From NCBI GenBank assembly GCA_949507465.1, contig CATEMS010000078.1, forward strand, positions 1 to 25,714: a stretch of 25,714 bases of DNA, read 5' to 3'. The translations under genes and the position numbers were made by a program. This document shows, piece after piece, positions 8,835 through 17,690 of this stretch. A model generated the notes under the pieces. It had not been told where the DNA came from and ran no database searches. It saw nothing but the letters and a program-made list of their open reading frames with translations. The stretch comes from Flavobacteriaceae bacterium. Lineage in GTDB: Bacteria > Bacteroidota > Bacteroidia > Flavobacteriales > Flavobacteriaceae. Position 1 is the stretch's first letter. Each line of letters opens with the position of its first letter.

Positions 8835-9848
8835 ATGACTGAAGGAAATTTTGTAGACTACGTAAAAATTCATGTAACCTCTGGTAAAGGAGGGCAGGGG
8901 AGTGCGCATTTACGACGAGAAAAATATATCCCAAAGGGAGGCCCCGATGGTGGAGATGGAGGTCGTGGAGGTCATATCATTTTAAAGGCCAATAGCAACC
9001 TTTGGACCTTGCATCATCTAAAATTTAAGCGTCATTTCAAAGCTGGGCATGGAGGTGCTGGAAGTAAACAAACAAGCACAGGGGCAGATGGAGAAGACAT
9101 CTATATTGAGGTGCCTTTAGGTACCCTAGTTATAAACACAGAAACTGGAGAAAGATTAAAAGAGCTTTTACAACACGACCAAGAACTTATCCTTGCAAAA
9201 GGAGGTATGGGAGGACTCGGGAATAATCATTTTAAGTCCTCAACCAATCAAACCCCTAGATACGCTCAACCAGGAATGGATGGAGAGGAAGGTGCCTTTA
9301 CCCTAGAAATGAAAGTGCTTGCAGATGTAGGTTTGGTGGGATTCCCAAATGCGGGAAAATCTACATTACTCTCAGTAATTACTGCAGCAAAACCAAAAAT
9401 TGCCAACTACGAGTTTACAACTCTAAAGCCTAATTTAGGTATTGTGGCCTACCGTGATCATAGAACTTTTGTGATGGCAGATATTCCTGGAATTATAGAA
9501 GGAGCTGCAGAGGGAAAGGGACTTGGACATTATTTCCTACGTCATATAGAACGAAATTCTACCTTACTTTTTTTAATTCCTGCAGATGCAGATGATATAA
9601 AAAAACAATATGATGTTCTTCTGGATGAATTAAAGCGATATAATCCAGAACTTTTAGACAAAGATAAGCTGGTTGCCATCTCAAAGTGTGATATGTTAGA
9701 TGATGAGTTAAAGAGAGAAATGAAGCAGGCCTTAGATATAGATTTTGAGGGTATTCCTTATGTATTTTTTAGTTCAATAGCTCAGCAAGGTTTGATGGAA
9801 TTAAAAGACACGCTCTGGACCATGCTCAACCAAACGAGTGTACACTAA
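8835..9848 (+). CDS. obgE: Obg/CgtA GTPase
   Basis: Gly-rich Obg fold ([13 protein letters not shown]), G1 GFPNAGKS, G2 YEFTTL, G3 DIPG, G4 SKCD. 337 aa, with no C-terminal extension. Confidence 0.98.
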   Translation: MTEGNFVDYVKIHVTSGKGGQGSAHLRREKYIPKGGPDGGDGGRGGHIILKANSNLWTLHHLKFKRHFKAGHGGAGSKQTSTGADGEDIYIEVPLGTLVINTETGERLKELLQHDQELILAKGGMGGLGNNHFKSSTNQTPRYAQPGMDGEEGAFTLEMKVLADVGLVGFPNAGKSTLLSVITAAKPKIANYEFTTLKPNLGIVAYRDHRTFVMADIPGIIEGAAEGKGLGHYFLRHIERNSTLLFLIPADADDIKKQYDVLLDELKRYNPELLDKDKLVAISKCDMLDDELKREMKQALDIDFEGIPYVFFSSIAQQGLMELKDTLWTMLNQTSVH

Positions 9849-9855
9849 TTTGTAA

Positions 9856-9872
9856 TGGGTAGGAGGTACCCA
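9856..9872 (+). promoter_or_regulatory. Hairpin TGGGTA-GGAGG-TACCCA presenting a Shine-Dalgarno sequence
   Basis: Perfect 6-bp stem with a 5-nt GGAGG loop. AGGAGGT (9861-9867) ends 9 nt before an ATG at 9877. Confidence 0.4.
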
Positions 9873-9876
9873 GAGC

Positions 9877-9924
9877 ATGAAACAGACCAAAATAAAGTTT
9901 ACTTTATGTCTATTTACTACATAA
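9877..9924 (+). CDS. Candidate 15-aa upstream ORF MKQTKIKFTLCLFTT
   Basis: ATG at 9877 to TAA at 9922-9924. Preceded by AGGAGGT and ends 4 nt before the TPR gene start. Translation is unproven. Confidence 0.25.
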   Translation: MKQTKIKFTLCLFTT

Positions 9925-9928
9925 TCTA

Positions 9929-10885
9929 ATGAGAGGGCTATTTATACTGATATTATTTCCTTTTTTTCTGCTAAGTCAAACAAATTTTGAGCTTGCACAA
10001 ACCTATTATGCCCAAGGAAACATTACCAAAGCTACAACTGCGTTTAAGCAGTACCTGAGCCAGCACCCTGAAGACCCTGCCACTATTGAATATTTAGGTG
10101 ATATAGCAGGGGAGGCTAAAGATTGGGATACTGCAATGACTTACTATAAAGCCCTTGTAGAGAGGTATCCAACAAAAGCCAATTACCATTATAAATATGG
10201 CGGTGTATTAGGCATGAAGGCTTTATCAGTTAATAAATTGAGCGCAGCATTTTACATCAGTGATGTTAAAATGCATTTTAAAAAAGCAGCTACAATAGAT
10301 CCTGCGCACATCAAAGTTAGGGAGGCCTTAGTAGAGTTGTACATGCAACTACCTGCAATTATTGGTGGTAGTGAAAAAATAGCTCTTTTTTATGCAAATG
10401 AGCTTTCTGAGCTATCTGCAGAAAAAGGTTATTTAGCCAAAGGATATATAGCCAACTATGGTGGTGATACTAAAGCAGCAGAGCAGTTTTTTCTTAAAGC
10501 AATAACGCAAGAAGCTTCTTTAGATGGTTTTACCAAACTTGTTGGTTTTTACAAAACTACCAACCAACTAGACAAAGCTATTGCTGTGTTAAAGCAAAAC
10601 CTTGCTCTTGAGGGCCCTCTTAACGAGTTGAATTACCTCATTGGCGATCTTGCTGTAGGTTATAATTTAGATCCACAGTTGGCCATTGAGTATTTAAAAA
10701 TATATCTAGAGAACTATTCTACAGATAATGATATATCTCAGCAATGGCCTTATCTAAGGCTAGCCCAAGTGTATAAAAACACGGGAGATAAAACAAAGGC
10801 GCTTTTTTGGATTGAGAAAGCATTAGCTATAGCTCCTGAGTTTGAACAAGCTTTAAAAGAAAAGCGATTAATCCAGCAGCTTTAA
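9929..10885 (+). CDS. Secreted tetratricopeptide-repeat protein
   Basis: 318 aa. Sec signal MRGLFILILFPFFLLS-Q, then repeated helical TPR patterns (YLGDIAGEAKDWDTAMTYYKALVERYP; LRLAQVYKNTGDKTKALFWIEKALAIAP). Confidence 0.85.
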   Translation: MRGLFILILFPFFLLSQTNFELAQTYYAQGNITKATTAFKQYLSQHPEDPATIEYLGDIAGEAKDWDTAMTYYKALVERYPTKANYHYKYGGVLGMKALSVNKLSAAFYISDVKMHFKKAATIDPAHIKVREALVELYMQLPAIIGGSEKIALFYANELSELSAEKGYLAKGYIANYGGDTKAAEQFFLKAITQEASLDGFTKLVGFYKTTNQLDKAIAVLKQNLALEGPLNELNYLIGDLAVGYNLDPQLAIEYLKIYLENYSTDNDISQQWPYLRLAQVYKNTGDKTKALFWIEKALAIAPEFEQALKEKRLIQQL

Positions 10886-10886
10886 A

Positions 10887-10914
10887 ATAATATCAATTTC
10901 TGAATTGATGTTAT
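10887..10914 (+). terminator. Stem-loop after the TPR gene (weak terminator or stability hairpin)
   Basis: ATAAT-ATCAATT-TCTG-AATTGAT-GTTAT: 12-bp AU-rich stem with one G-U pair. No strong U-tract. Confidence 0.4.
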
Positions 10915-10934
10915 GACTTATCTTTCTATTTTTG
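10905..10934 (+). promoter_or_regulatory. Bacteroidota sigma70-type promoter for mpl
   Basis: TTG (10905-10907), 19-nt spacer, TATTTTTG (10927-10934). Matches the -33/-7 consensus and lies 50 nt before the ATG. Confidence 0.65.
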
Positions 10935-10984
10935 AAAGGAGTGAGAACATTTCTGTATAAATACGGATATAAATTTTAATGTAG

Positions 10985-12340
10985 ATGAGAATTCATTTCA
11001 TAGCCATTGGCGGGAGTGCTATGCACAATTTAGCCATAGCATTGCATCATAAAGGGGAAGATATATCAGGAAGTGATGACGAGATTTTTGATCCTTCTAA
11101 ATCAAGATTGGCAGCTCATGGTTTATTACCAGAACAATATGGTTGGTTTGAAGATAATATCTCTACAGATATTGATGCTGTTATTCTGGGGATGCATGCC
11201 AAGTCAGATAATATCGAATTACTTCGCGCTATAGAGCTTGGCCTAACCATTTACAGCTATCCAGAATTTTTATACGAACACTCTAAAAATAAAACCCGTG
11301 TGGTTATTGGAGGTTCTCATGGTAAAACAACAATTACTTCCATGATTTTACATGTGATGCATTATCATGATAAACAGGTAGATTATATGGTAGGAGCCCA
11401 GTTGGAGGGGTTTGATACGATGGTCCACCTTACAAAAGACAATGATTTCATTGTATTGGAGGGTGATGAGTATTTATCCTCTGCCATAGATAGACGCCCC
11501 AAGTTTCATTTATACAAACCTAATATTGCTTTGTTGAGCGGTATTGCCTGGGATCACATCAATGTATTTCCAACCTTTGACAATTATGTGGAGCAATTTC
11601 GTGTTTTTCTTTCTCAGATTACCCATGGTGGCGCCATAGTGTACAACCAAGAAGATACTCAGGTAAAACAAGTTGTGGAGGCCACCCAAAACCAAATAAA
11701 AAAATATCCATACCAAACCCCTGAATATACTGTTGAGAATGGAGATACACTCCTTGAAACTCAAGATGGCCCCATGCCTATCGAAATATTTGGAAGACAT
11801 AATTTAAATAATCTAGAGGGCGCGCGTTGGATTTGCCAACTTATGGGTGTACAACAAGAAGATTTTTATGAGGCAATTGCCACATTTACAGGAGCAAGCA
11901 AGCGCCTTGAGAAAATTGCAGAGGGGAAGTCAAGTATTGCTTACAAAGATTTTGCCCATTCTCCAAGTAAAGTAATGGCAACCACCCAGGCCCTAAAAAC
12001 TCAATATCCTGAGCGTAGTCTATTGGCATGTTTAGAGCTTCATACTTATAGTAGCTTAAATCCAGAATTTCTTTCTCAATACAAAGGCACCCTTGATAGT
12101 GTAGACAAAGCAATCGTTTTTTACTCTCCAAAGGCCGTAAAAATAAAAAAGTTGGACGCTGTCTCTAGCGCTCAAATTATAGAGGCTTTTGAAAGAGAAG
12201 ATTTATTGGTCTTTACACAACCAGATGCCTTTCAAGACTATTTGTTGGATCAAGACTTTACCAATGCCTCTTTGCTTTTAATGAGTAGTGGCAATTATGG
12301 TGGGTTAGATTTTGAAAAAGTTGAAGAAGTATTAAAATAA
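10985..12340 (+). CDS. mpl: Murein peptide ligase (MurC/Mpl family; peptidoglycan recycling)
   Basis: MRIHFIAIGGSAMHNLA, ISGSD, ATP site GGSHGKTT, EGDEY, WDHINVF, DFAHSP and ELHTYS. Lies outside a dcw cluster, which favours Mpl over MurC. Confidence 0.85.
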   Translation: MRIHFIAIGGSAMHNLAIALHHKGEDISGSDDEIFDPSKSRLAAHGLLPEQYGWFEDNISTDIDAVILGMHAKSDNIELLRAIELGLTIYSYPEFLYEHSKNKTRVVIGGSHGKTTITSMILHVMHYHDKQVDYMVGAQLEGFDTMVHLTKDNDFIVLEGDEYLSSAIDRRPKFHLYKPNIALLSGIAWDHINVFPTFDNYVEQFRVFLSQITHGGAIVYNQEDTQVKQVVEATQNQIKKYPYQTPEYTVENGDTLLETQDGPMPIEIFGRHNLNNLEGARWICQLMGVQQEDFYEAIATFTGASKRLEKIAEGKSSIAYKDFAHSPSKVMATTQALKTQYPERSLLACLELHTYSSLNPEFLSQYKGTLDSVDKAIVFYSPKAVKIKKLDAVSSAQIIEAFEREDLLVFTQPDAFQDYLLDQDFTNASLLLMSSGNYGGLDFEKVEEVLK

Positions 12341-12390
12341 TTACCAAAGGAGTATTTGTATAAAAGTGTATCACATTAACCATAAAAAAA

Positions 12391-13551
12391 TTGAGTAAAA
12401 AATCACTAGATAATCAAGCATCTCAAATTGCCAAACTTGAACAGCAGATTGATATATTGCAAGAAAAACTGAGAGTTAGTGAGACTAATTTTGGTTATTT
12501 ATATGATAACAATCCAGTTATGCATGCTACAATAAACCCATTAACAGGTTATATAGTTAATTGTAATAGTATGCTGGTATCTACTCTGGGTTACAAAAAT
12601 AAAAAATCAATTCTTGGCACCCATATTTCAAAAATAGTTACTGAAAAATCAAGCATTAAAATTGTTTCCCTAATGGATGCATTTTTAAGTCAAGGTCCAA
12701 TCGATAGTGAAGAAGTGACCCTGAAAACCAAGAAAGGAAAGTCAATACAATCAATTTTAAATTCAAGAGCAATTTATAACAAGGCTGGTATTGTTGTTAA
12801 ATCCATATTCACACTGGTAGATATTTCAGAAGTTAAAAAAGCACAACGCCAGGCCAAAAATCAAAAGGAAGATTTAGAGAGAGTTAATAAAGATCTAGAA
12901 CAGTTTGTTTCTATTTGTTCACATGATTTACAGGAACCTCTTGCTACCATAAGGTTTAGTAGCGATTTTTTAATGCAAAAATTTACAGACGATCTCTCTG
13001 AAAAGGGGAAAGAGTATATTGGATATATTCATGAAGCCTCGGGCAGAATGGCCGAGCAAATAAAAGGTTTGTTAGAACATAGCCGTATTGGTAGAGATTT
13101 GAAATTAACAAAGGTAGATATGCAAGAGCAGCTTGGGGTAGCTAAGTATGATCTTAAAAAACGTATTAAAGAAACCAATGCAACTATTATCTGCGGGGAA
13201 TTACCCAAAATTAAGGGGTATAAGGTAGAGTTGCGATTATTATTTCAAAACTTATTGAGCAATGCTCTTAAATATGCCAAAAAACAAGTGGCTCCAATTA
13301 TCAATATTGCAGCAAAACAAGAAGATGATTTTTGGGTTTTTTCTGTTGCTGATAACGGGATTGGAATAAAGGAGCAGGATATGGAAGATCTTTTTACAAT
13401 TTTTTCTCGTGTGCCTACCAAGCAAAAACAGGAGGGAAGTGGTGTTGGTCTTGCTCATGCAGAAAAGATTGTAAAACTTCATGAGGGTTTTATATGGGTA
13501 GAATCTGAATTTGGAAAAGGGAGTACCTTTTATTTTAAAATCAAAAAATAA
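12391..13551 (+). CDS. Cytoplasmic PAS-domain sensor histidine kinase (orphan)
   Basis: 386 aa, TTG start. N-terminal coiled coil, PAS-like region (LYDNNPVM...GYIVNCN...LGY), H-box SHDLQEPL, N-box QNLLSNALKY, G1 DNGIGI and G2 GSGVGLA. No TM helix. Confidence 0.92.
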   Translation: MSKKSLDNQASQIAKLEQQIDILQEKLRVSETNFGYLYDNNPVMHATINPLTGYIVNCNSMLVSTLGYKNKKSILGTHISKIVTEKSSIKIVSLMDAFLSQGPIDSEEVTLKTKKGKSIQSILNSRAIYNKAGIVVKSIFTLVDISEVKKAQRQAKNQKEDLERVNKDLEQFVSICSHDLQEPLATIRFSSDFLMQKFTDDLSEKGKEYIGYIHEASGRMAEQIKGLLEHSRIGRDLKLTKVDMQEQLGVAKYDLKKRIKETNATIICGELPKIKGYKVELRLLFQNLLSNALKYAKKQVAPIINIAAKQEDDFWVFSVADNGIGIKEQDMEDLFTIFSRVPTKQKQEGSGVGLAHAEKIVKLHEGFIWVESEFGKGSTFYFKIKK

Positions 13552-13566
13552 CAAACCAAATAACCC

Positions 13567-13619
13567 TATATTTGAATTATCTGCGGTATTGATATTACCG
13601 TATTTTTAGGTTATATTTC
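13567..13619 (+). promoter_or_regulatory. Promoter region of the DUF7033-yjjG unit (two candidate -7 boxes and an inverted repeat)
   Basis: TATATTTG at 13567-13574; TTG(13589)-N20-TATATTTC(13612-13619)-CTT-ATG; CGGTA-N7-TACCG at 13584-13600. Confidence 0.5.
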
Positions 13620-13622
13620 CTT

Positions 13623-14909
13623 ATGCTGCTTATTTTTACCAAACAAATTACTCCAAGAATCTCATATGTTTTTAAGCATATATGTACTCGTATTTTGGGT
13701 ATTAAAATTGATTTTACAACAGAGATTGATGCTTTTTTAGCGCATAAAGGTCCAAAAGCCTCCTACGGAAAACAACCCTTAGGTAACGAACTTTTTTTTC
13801 AAAGCCATGGCCTTCTTACCCAGCAAGGAATAGAGAGTGTTGAGATTAATGTTCGAGAGTGGGAAGCAACCAAGTGTTTCTTTGCTGTTAGTGATAAAAG
13901 CGCTATACCCTTTGATATATTTGCGGCTGCTTTTTACTTATTAAGCAGGTATGAAGAATATCTACCACATGTGAAGGATCATTTAGGAAGGTTTTCTGCA
14001 CAAGAGAGTTTGGGTTTTAAATACGACTTTTTAGAAAGCCCGGTAATAGACATTTGGGCTTATACTTTAAAGTCTTTGCTAGAACAAAAATTTCCAAACA
14101 TATTGTTTCCAAAAAAGCAGACAACCGTGCATAGTTTAATTAACGCACAAGTTGCCTATGCTTTTTTAAATAAAGGAATTTTTAGGTCTTTAATTGGTTT
14201 TGTTTCAGACCTTTTTAGGCTGAAACTAAAACAGTTTATTTTGCGCTTTAGGGTTGTTGTAGGCTTACAAAAAGACCCTTACAACACCTATAAGTGGATA
14301 CTAGATGTTACTAAAAAAAGCAGTATGAAACTTACGGTATTTTTTTTGTTGGGAGAAGCCGTTGCATTTCACGAGACCATACATACTCAGAAACAGAAAT
14401 TTAAAATGCTTATCAAATACGTTGCAGATTATAAAGAAGTAGGGCTTTTAGTTTCCCTCAGGGCATTAACAAATCCTGATTTTTTAAAATCTGAAAAAAC
14501 AACCCTGGAGCAGATTATTAATAGAACGGTTCAAAGCAGTCAAAATAGCAATTTACTTTTAAGTCTTCCAGAGATTTATAGAAATTTGCTTGCTCTTGAA
14601 ATAAAGAAAGATTACACAATGGTGTATGAGAATCAGCCTGGTTTTAGAGCAGGAACCTGCACTGCTTTTTTGTTTTACGATTTAGATTTTGAAATTATAA
14701 CTCCGCTAGAAATTCAGCCCATTGCCTGTACTACTCAAGGCTTCTTAAAATTAAGCCCTAAGGATACGGCACTCAAAATCACTCAGATGTTTGGCAAAGT
14801 ACAGCATGTTAATGGTACTTTCTCTGTATTGTTTTCAAACAAAGATTTCTCTGCAGACCCTAATAACAAGCTTTGGCGTTCTCTTTTTTCTGAAACATTA
14901 ATCTCATGA
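13623..14909 (+). CDS. DUF7033-like / polysaccharide deacetylase-like protein
   Basis: 428 aa. N-terminal TPRISYVFKHI and FDIFAAAFYLLSRYEEYL...DHLGRF; C-terminal carbohydrate-esterase-like part (YTMVYENQPGFRAGTCTAFLFYDL). Family recognised from memory. Confidence 0.65.
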   Translation: MLLIFTKQITPRISYVFKHICTRILGIKIDFTTEIDAFLAHKGPKASYGKQPLGNELFFQSHGLLTQQGIESVEINVREWEATKCFFAVSDKSAIPFDIFAAAFYLLSRYEEYLPHVKDHLGRFSAQESLGFKYDFLESPVIDIWAYTLKSLLEQKFPNILFPKKQTTVHSLINAQVAYAFLNKGIFRSLIGFVSDLFRLKLKQFILRFRVVVGLQKDPYNTYKWILDVTKKSSMKLTVFFLLGEAVAFHETIHTQKQKFKMLIKYVADYKEVGLLVSLRALTNPDFLKSEKTTLEQIINRTVQSSQNSNLLLSLPEIYRNLLALEIKKDYTMVYENQPGFRAGTCTAFLFYDLDFEIITPLEIQPIACTTQGFLKLSPKDTALKITQMFGKVQHVNGTFSVLFSNKDFSADPNNKLWRSLFSETLIS

Positions 14910-15595
14910 AACCACAAAAAATAACAGATGTTTTTTTCGATTTAGATCACACCCTTTGGGACTTTGATAAAAATTCTGCCTTAGCACATCAATTCGTGTT
15001 TAAGAGATTTTCTGTCTCTGTTTCTTTGGACTCATTTTTAAAAGTATACGAGCCTATTAATTTTAATTACTGGCGAGAGTTTAGAGAGGAGCGTGTTACC
15101 AAAACCCAACTGCGCAGAGGTAGACTCATCGATAGTTTTAGTGAACTGGGTGTTGTCTATGATATGAAAACAATTGATGGTATGAGTGACGCCTATATTC
15201 AGGCGCTTCCAAATAATAATTATTTATTTGATGGTACTTTTGAATTACTTAGGTATCTACAACAAAAATATACCTTACACATTATAACTAATGGTTTTTC
15301 TAAGGTACAGTATGTTAAACTAAAAAAAAGTAAGCTTGCACCCTTTTTTGCTACAGTAACAAGCTCTGAGGAAGTTGGTGTCAAAAAACCAAATCCTTTA
15401 GTGTTTGATACGGCTCTTTCAAAAGCAGGTGTTTCTGCTCAAAATAGTATTATGATTGGTGACACCTTTGATGCTGATATCCTTGGAGCAGAAGGAGTTG
15501 GGATGGATACCATTTTTTTTAATTATAGAAAAGAAACCCCAAAAGATGGCTATAAAGTTGTAGATTACTTGTTGGAGATAAAGGATTTATTGTGA
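14906..15595 (+). CDS. yjjG: YjjG-family HAD pyrimidine 5'-nucleotidase
   Basis: HAD motifs FFDLDHTLWDF, IITNG, KKP and MIGDTFDADILGA. ATGA overlap with the upstream stop. Confidence 0.88.
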   Translation: MKPQKITDVFFDLDHTLWDFDKNSALAHQFVFKRFSVSVSLDSFLKVYEPINFNYWREFREERVTKTQLRRGRLIDSFSELGVVYDMKTIDGMSDAYIQALPNNNYLFDGTFELLRYLQQKYTLHIITNGFSKVQYVKLKKSKLAPFFATVTSSEEVGVKKPNPLVFDTALSKAGVSAQNSIMIGDTFDADILGAEGVGMDTIFFNYRKETPKDGYKVVDYLLEIKDLL

Positions 15596-15624
15596 CATAG
15601 GTTCTTATATAACCATAGCTGCAG

Positions 15625-15652
15625 TTGCGTTTTTCATTTCTTAGTAATTTTA
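15625..15652 (+). promoter_or_regulatory. Candidate promoter for the lipoprotein-DUF5723 operon
   Basis: TTG (15625-15627), 17-nt spacer, TAATTTTA (15645-15652). Confidence 0.5.
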
Positions 15653-15714
15653 AACATGTCTCCTTGAAGACTATTTAAGCAAGAAAAGCGTTTGTTTCAT
15701 ATACCCTAACTATT

Positions 15715-16266
15715 ATGGATGTTAAAATCACCAAACTATTTTTCATATTCGTAAGTCTGCTACTGTGCGTTTGTTGTTTTGATGATACAGATTTTGATCA
15801 AGCCAATGATGTATTGGTAACACCAGAAATTGAGCTTGATTTAATTTATTTCAATTTAGAGGCTTCCAAATTCTATGACTACACGAACAACACAGAAATT
15901 TTGGTTGTCCAGGATACCACAGATTTAGATTTTCTGGGTGGAAATGACATTGCCAATATATTAAAAGGCGCAGACTTCTTTTTTGAGTTTACAAATAGCA
16001 TTCCAAGGAGTTTTAACGTTTCTTTTGATTTTTTAAACCAAGACAATGTTTCTAAGTATTTAATGCAAACTACTGTGGCCTCTGCAACCGCAGACCAGCC
16101 AGTGGTGAGTTATTTTATACAATCTTTAGATGAGCTTCAAATTAAAGAACTCACAAAGGCAAAAAAGGTTTTGGTTACAGTAACCATACCTTCTTCATCG
16201 CAAGATTTAACAGGTGTCCTAAATTTACAGTCCAAAACCACCTATTATTTGCAAATAGAACAATAA
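15715..16266 (+). CDS. Hypothetical (probable surface) lipoprotein
   Basis: 183 aa. Hydrophobic signal ending LLLCVCC, then acidic FDDTDFDQAND. Beta-rich mature part. Confidence 0.7.
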   Translation: MDVKITKLFFIFVSLLLCVCCFDDTDFDQANDVLVTPEIELDLIYFNLEASKFYDYTNNTEILVVQDTTDLDFLGGNDIANILKGADFFFEFTNSIPRSFNVSFDFLNQDNVSKYLMQTTVASATADQPVVSYFIQSLDELQIKELTKAKKVLVTVTIPSSSQDLTGVLNLQSKTTYYLQIEQ

Positions 16267-16275
16267 CACACAACG

Positions 16276-17688
16276 ATGAAAAAATTTCTTTTTATTTTTT
16301 TATTCCTTGGTGTGTCTTCAGTAGTATGTCAGAACAAACAAGTTCTATATAATTGGGAGGTTACCCCACAAACACTCCTGCTTAACCCAGGAAGTCTAGT
16401 TACCAGTCAATTTCATGCGGGTATTCCTTTAGCATCTGGGTTTCATATTAATGTAGGCTCCTCTGGCGTGTCTGTTTTTGATGTATTTGCTGATGATGGT
16501 ATAGACATCAACACTAAAATTACCAATACAATCTCTAGGTTAAGTTCTCGAGATTTTTTTACAATAAATCAGCAACTCGATGTGTTAAATTTTGGCTGGT
16601 TATCCAAGGGTTTTGAGCCTATGTATTTCTCTGGTGGAATCTATCAAGAACTTGATGTGATTGCCTACTTTCCAAAAGACATCGCTATTTTGGCTTGGGA
16701 GGGAAATAGAAATTATATTGGAAAAGCCTTTGATTTTAGCCATGTAAGTGCTCGTGCAGATGTATTGACTGTCTATCATTTTGGGGTAAATAAACAAGTT
16801 TCAAAAAAATTAACTGCAGGTGTGCGTTTAAAGCTATATTCTAGTATGATTAGCGTGAGTAGCACCAGAAATAAAGGTGCTTTTAAGACAACAGAAAGAG
16901 TGGGTAGTAACAATATTTATGAGCATACGGTTACAGATTTGGATATGGAGGTGAATACCTCTGGATTTATTTCACTCGATGGATTAGAGCAACCTCAAGT
17001 AAGTAAAAAACTTCTTGGTCGAGCTTTACTAGGGGGTAATCTTGGAATAGGTATAGATGCTGGTATTACTTATGAGTTTGACAAACAACTTTCTTTGACT
17101 GCCTCTGTGCTTGATCTGGGTGCTATTTTTCATACTAAAGATACAGAAAGCTACAAGGCTAAAGGAGACTATACTCTAGATGGCATTGAGCTTATTTTTC
17201 CTGAATTAGAGAATGACCAATCTACCATACCCTATTATGATAATCTTGAGGATGATATCGTGCGTGAGATACCTATAGACACACTCAATACAGGATACAC
17301 ACAACTTCGTCCTACTAAAATAAATGCTGGACTGCATTATGATTTTGGGAGATTTGTTGGTGACAATGGTGGATGTAATTGTAAAAATAAGGGCACCAAA
17401 CAAAAACGAGTTTCTCAGGCAGGGGTTCAGTACTTTAGCATATTTAGACCTGGTGGCCTCCAACTAGCAGGAACACTGTATTATAACAGGAGGTTGGGCA
17501 ATGCCCTCTCTATTAAAACAACCTACACCATAGATAGGTATTCTGCCAAAAATATTGGCGCTGGTATGTTTTTAAATATACAAGGTGTAAATTTGTTTCT
17601 AGCAGCAGACAACCTACTGCAGATGTCTAATCTTGCCAAGGCAAATAGTGTATCTTTACAAGTGGGATTAAACTATATATTAAATTAA
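16276..17688 (+). CDS. DUF5723-like outer-membrane beta-barrel protein
   Basis: 470 aa. Signal peptide, QTLLLNPG motif, many amphipathic strands (GIGIDAGITYEF; LSLTASVLDLGAI) and C-terminal SLQVGLNYILN. Confidence 0.7.
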   Translation: MKKFLFIFLFLGVSSVVCQNKQVLYNWEVTPQTLLLNPGSLVTSQFHAGIPLASGFHINVGSSGVSVFDVFADDGIDINTKITNTISRLSSRDFFTINQQLDVLNFGWLSKGFEPMYFSGGIYQELDVIAYFPKDIAILAWEGNRNYIGKAFDFSHVSARADVLTVYHFGVNKQVSKKLTAGVRLKLYSSMISVSSTRNKGAFKTTERVGSNNIYEHTVTDLDMEVNTSGFISLDGLEQPQVSKKLLGRALLGGNLGIGIDAGITYEFDKQLSLTASVLDLGAIFHTKDTESYKAKGDYTLDGIELIFPELENDQSTIPYYDNLEDDIVREIPIDTLNTGYTQLRPTKINAGLHYDFGRFVGDNGGCNCKNKGTKQKRVSQAGVQYFSIFRPGGLQLAGTLYYNRRLGNALSIKTTYTIDRYSAKNIGAGMFLNIQGVNLFLAADNLLQMSNLAKANSVSLQVGLNYILN

Positions 17689-17690
17689 CA

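Noticed and set aside
10935-12353. Identical 8-mer AAAGGAGT on both sides of mpl (10935 and 12346) as a target-site duplication or SD
   Set aside because: A chance 8-mer match is plausible between AT-rich spacers. Both copies are about 40 nt from the next start, and mpl is not mobile.
2767-15329. A/T homopolymers of 8-9 nt in CDSs (2767-2775, 4313-4320, 5968-5976, 14340-14347, 15322-15329) as phase-variation tracts
   Set aside because: Expected in an AT-rich genome from Lys/Phe codons. All frames are intact and most lie in housekeeping genes.
15683-15695. cre/LacI-like GAAAAGCGTTTGT before the lipoprotein gene
   Set aside because: Poor symmetry and only a single weak instance.
3181-17463. 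Other antisense or alternate-frame ORFs (3181, 5469, 5855, 6547, 6974, 7361, 11510, 11886, 13252, 16600, 17206)
   Set aside because: Fully nested in well-supported genes on the opposite strand, with no independent signal.
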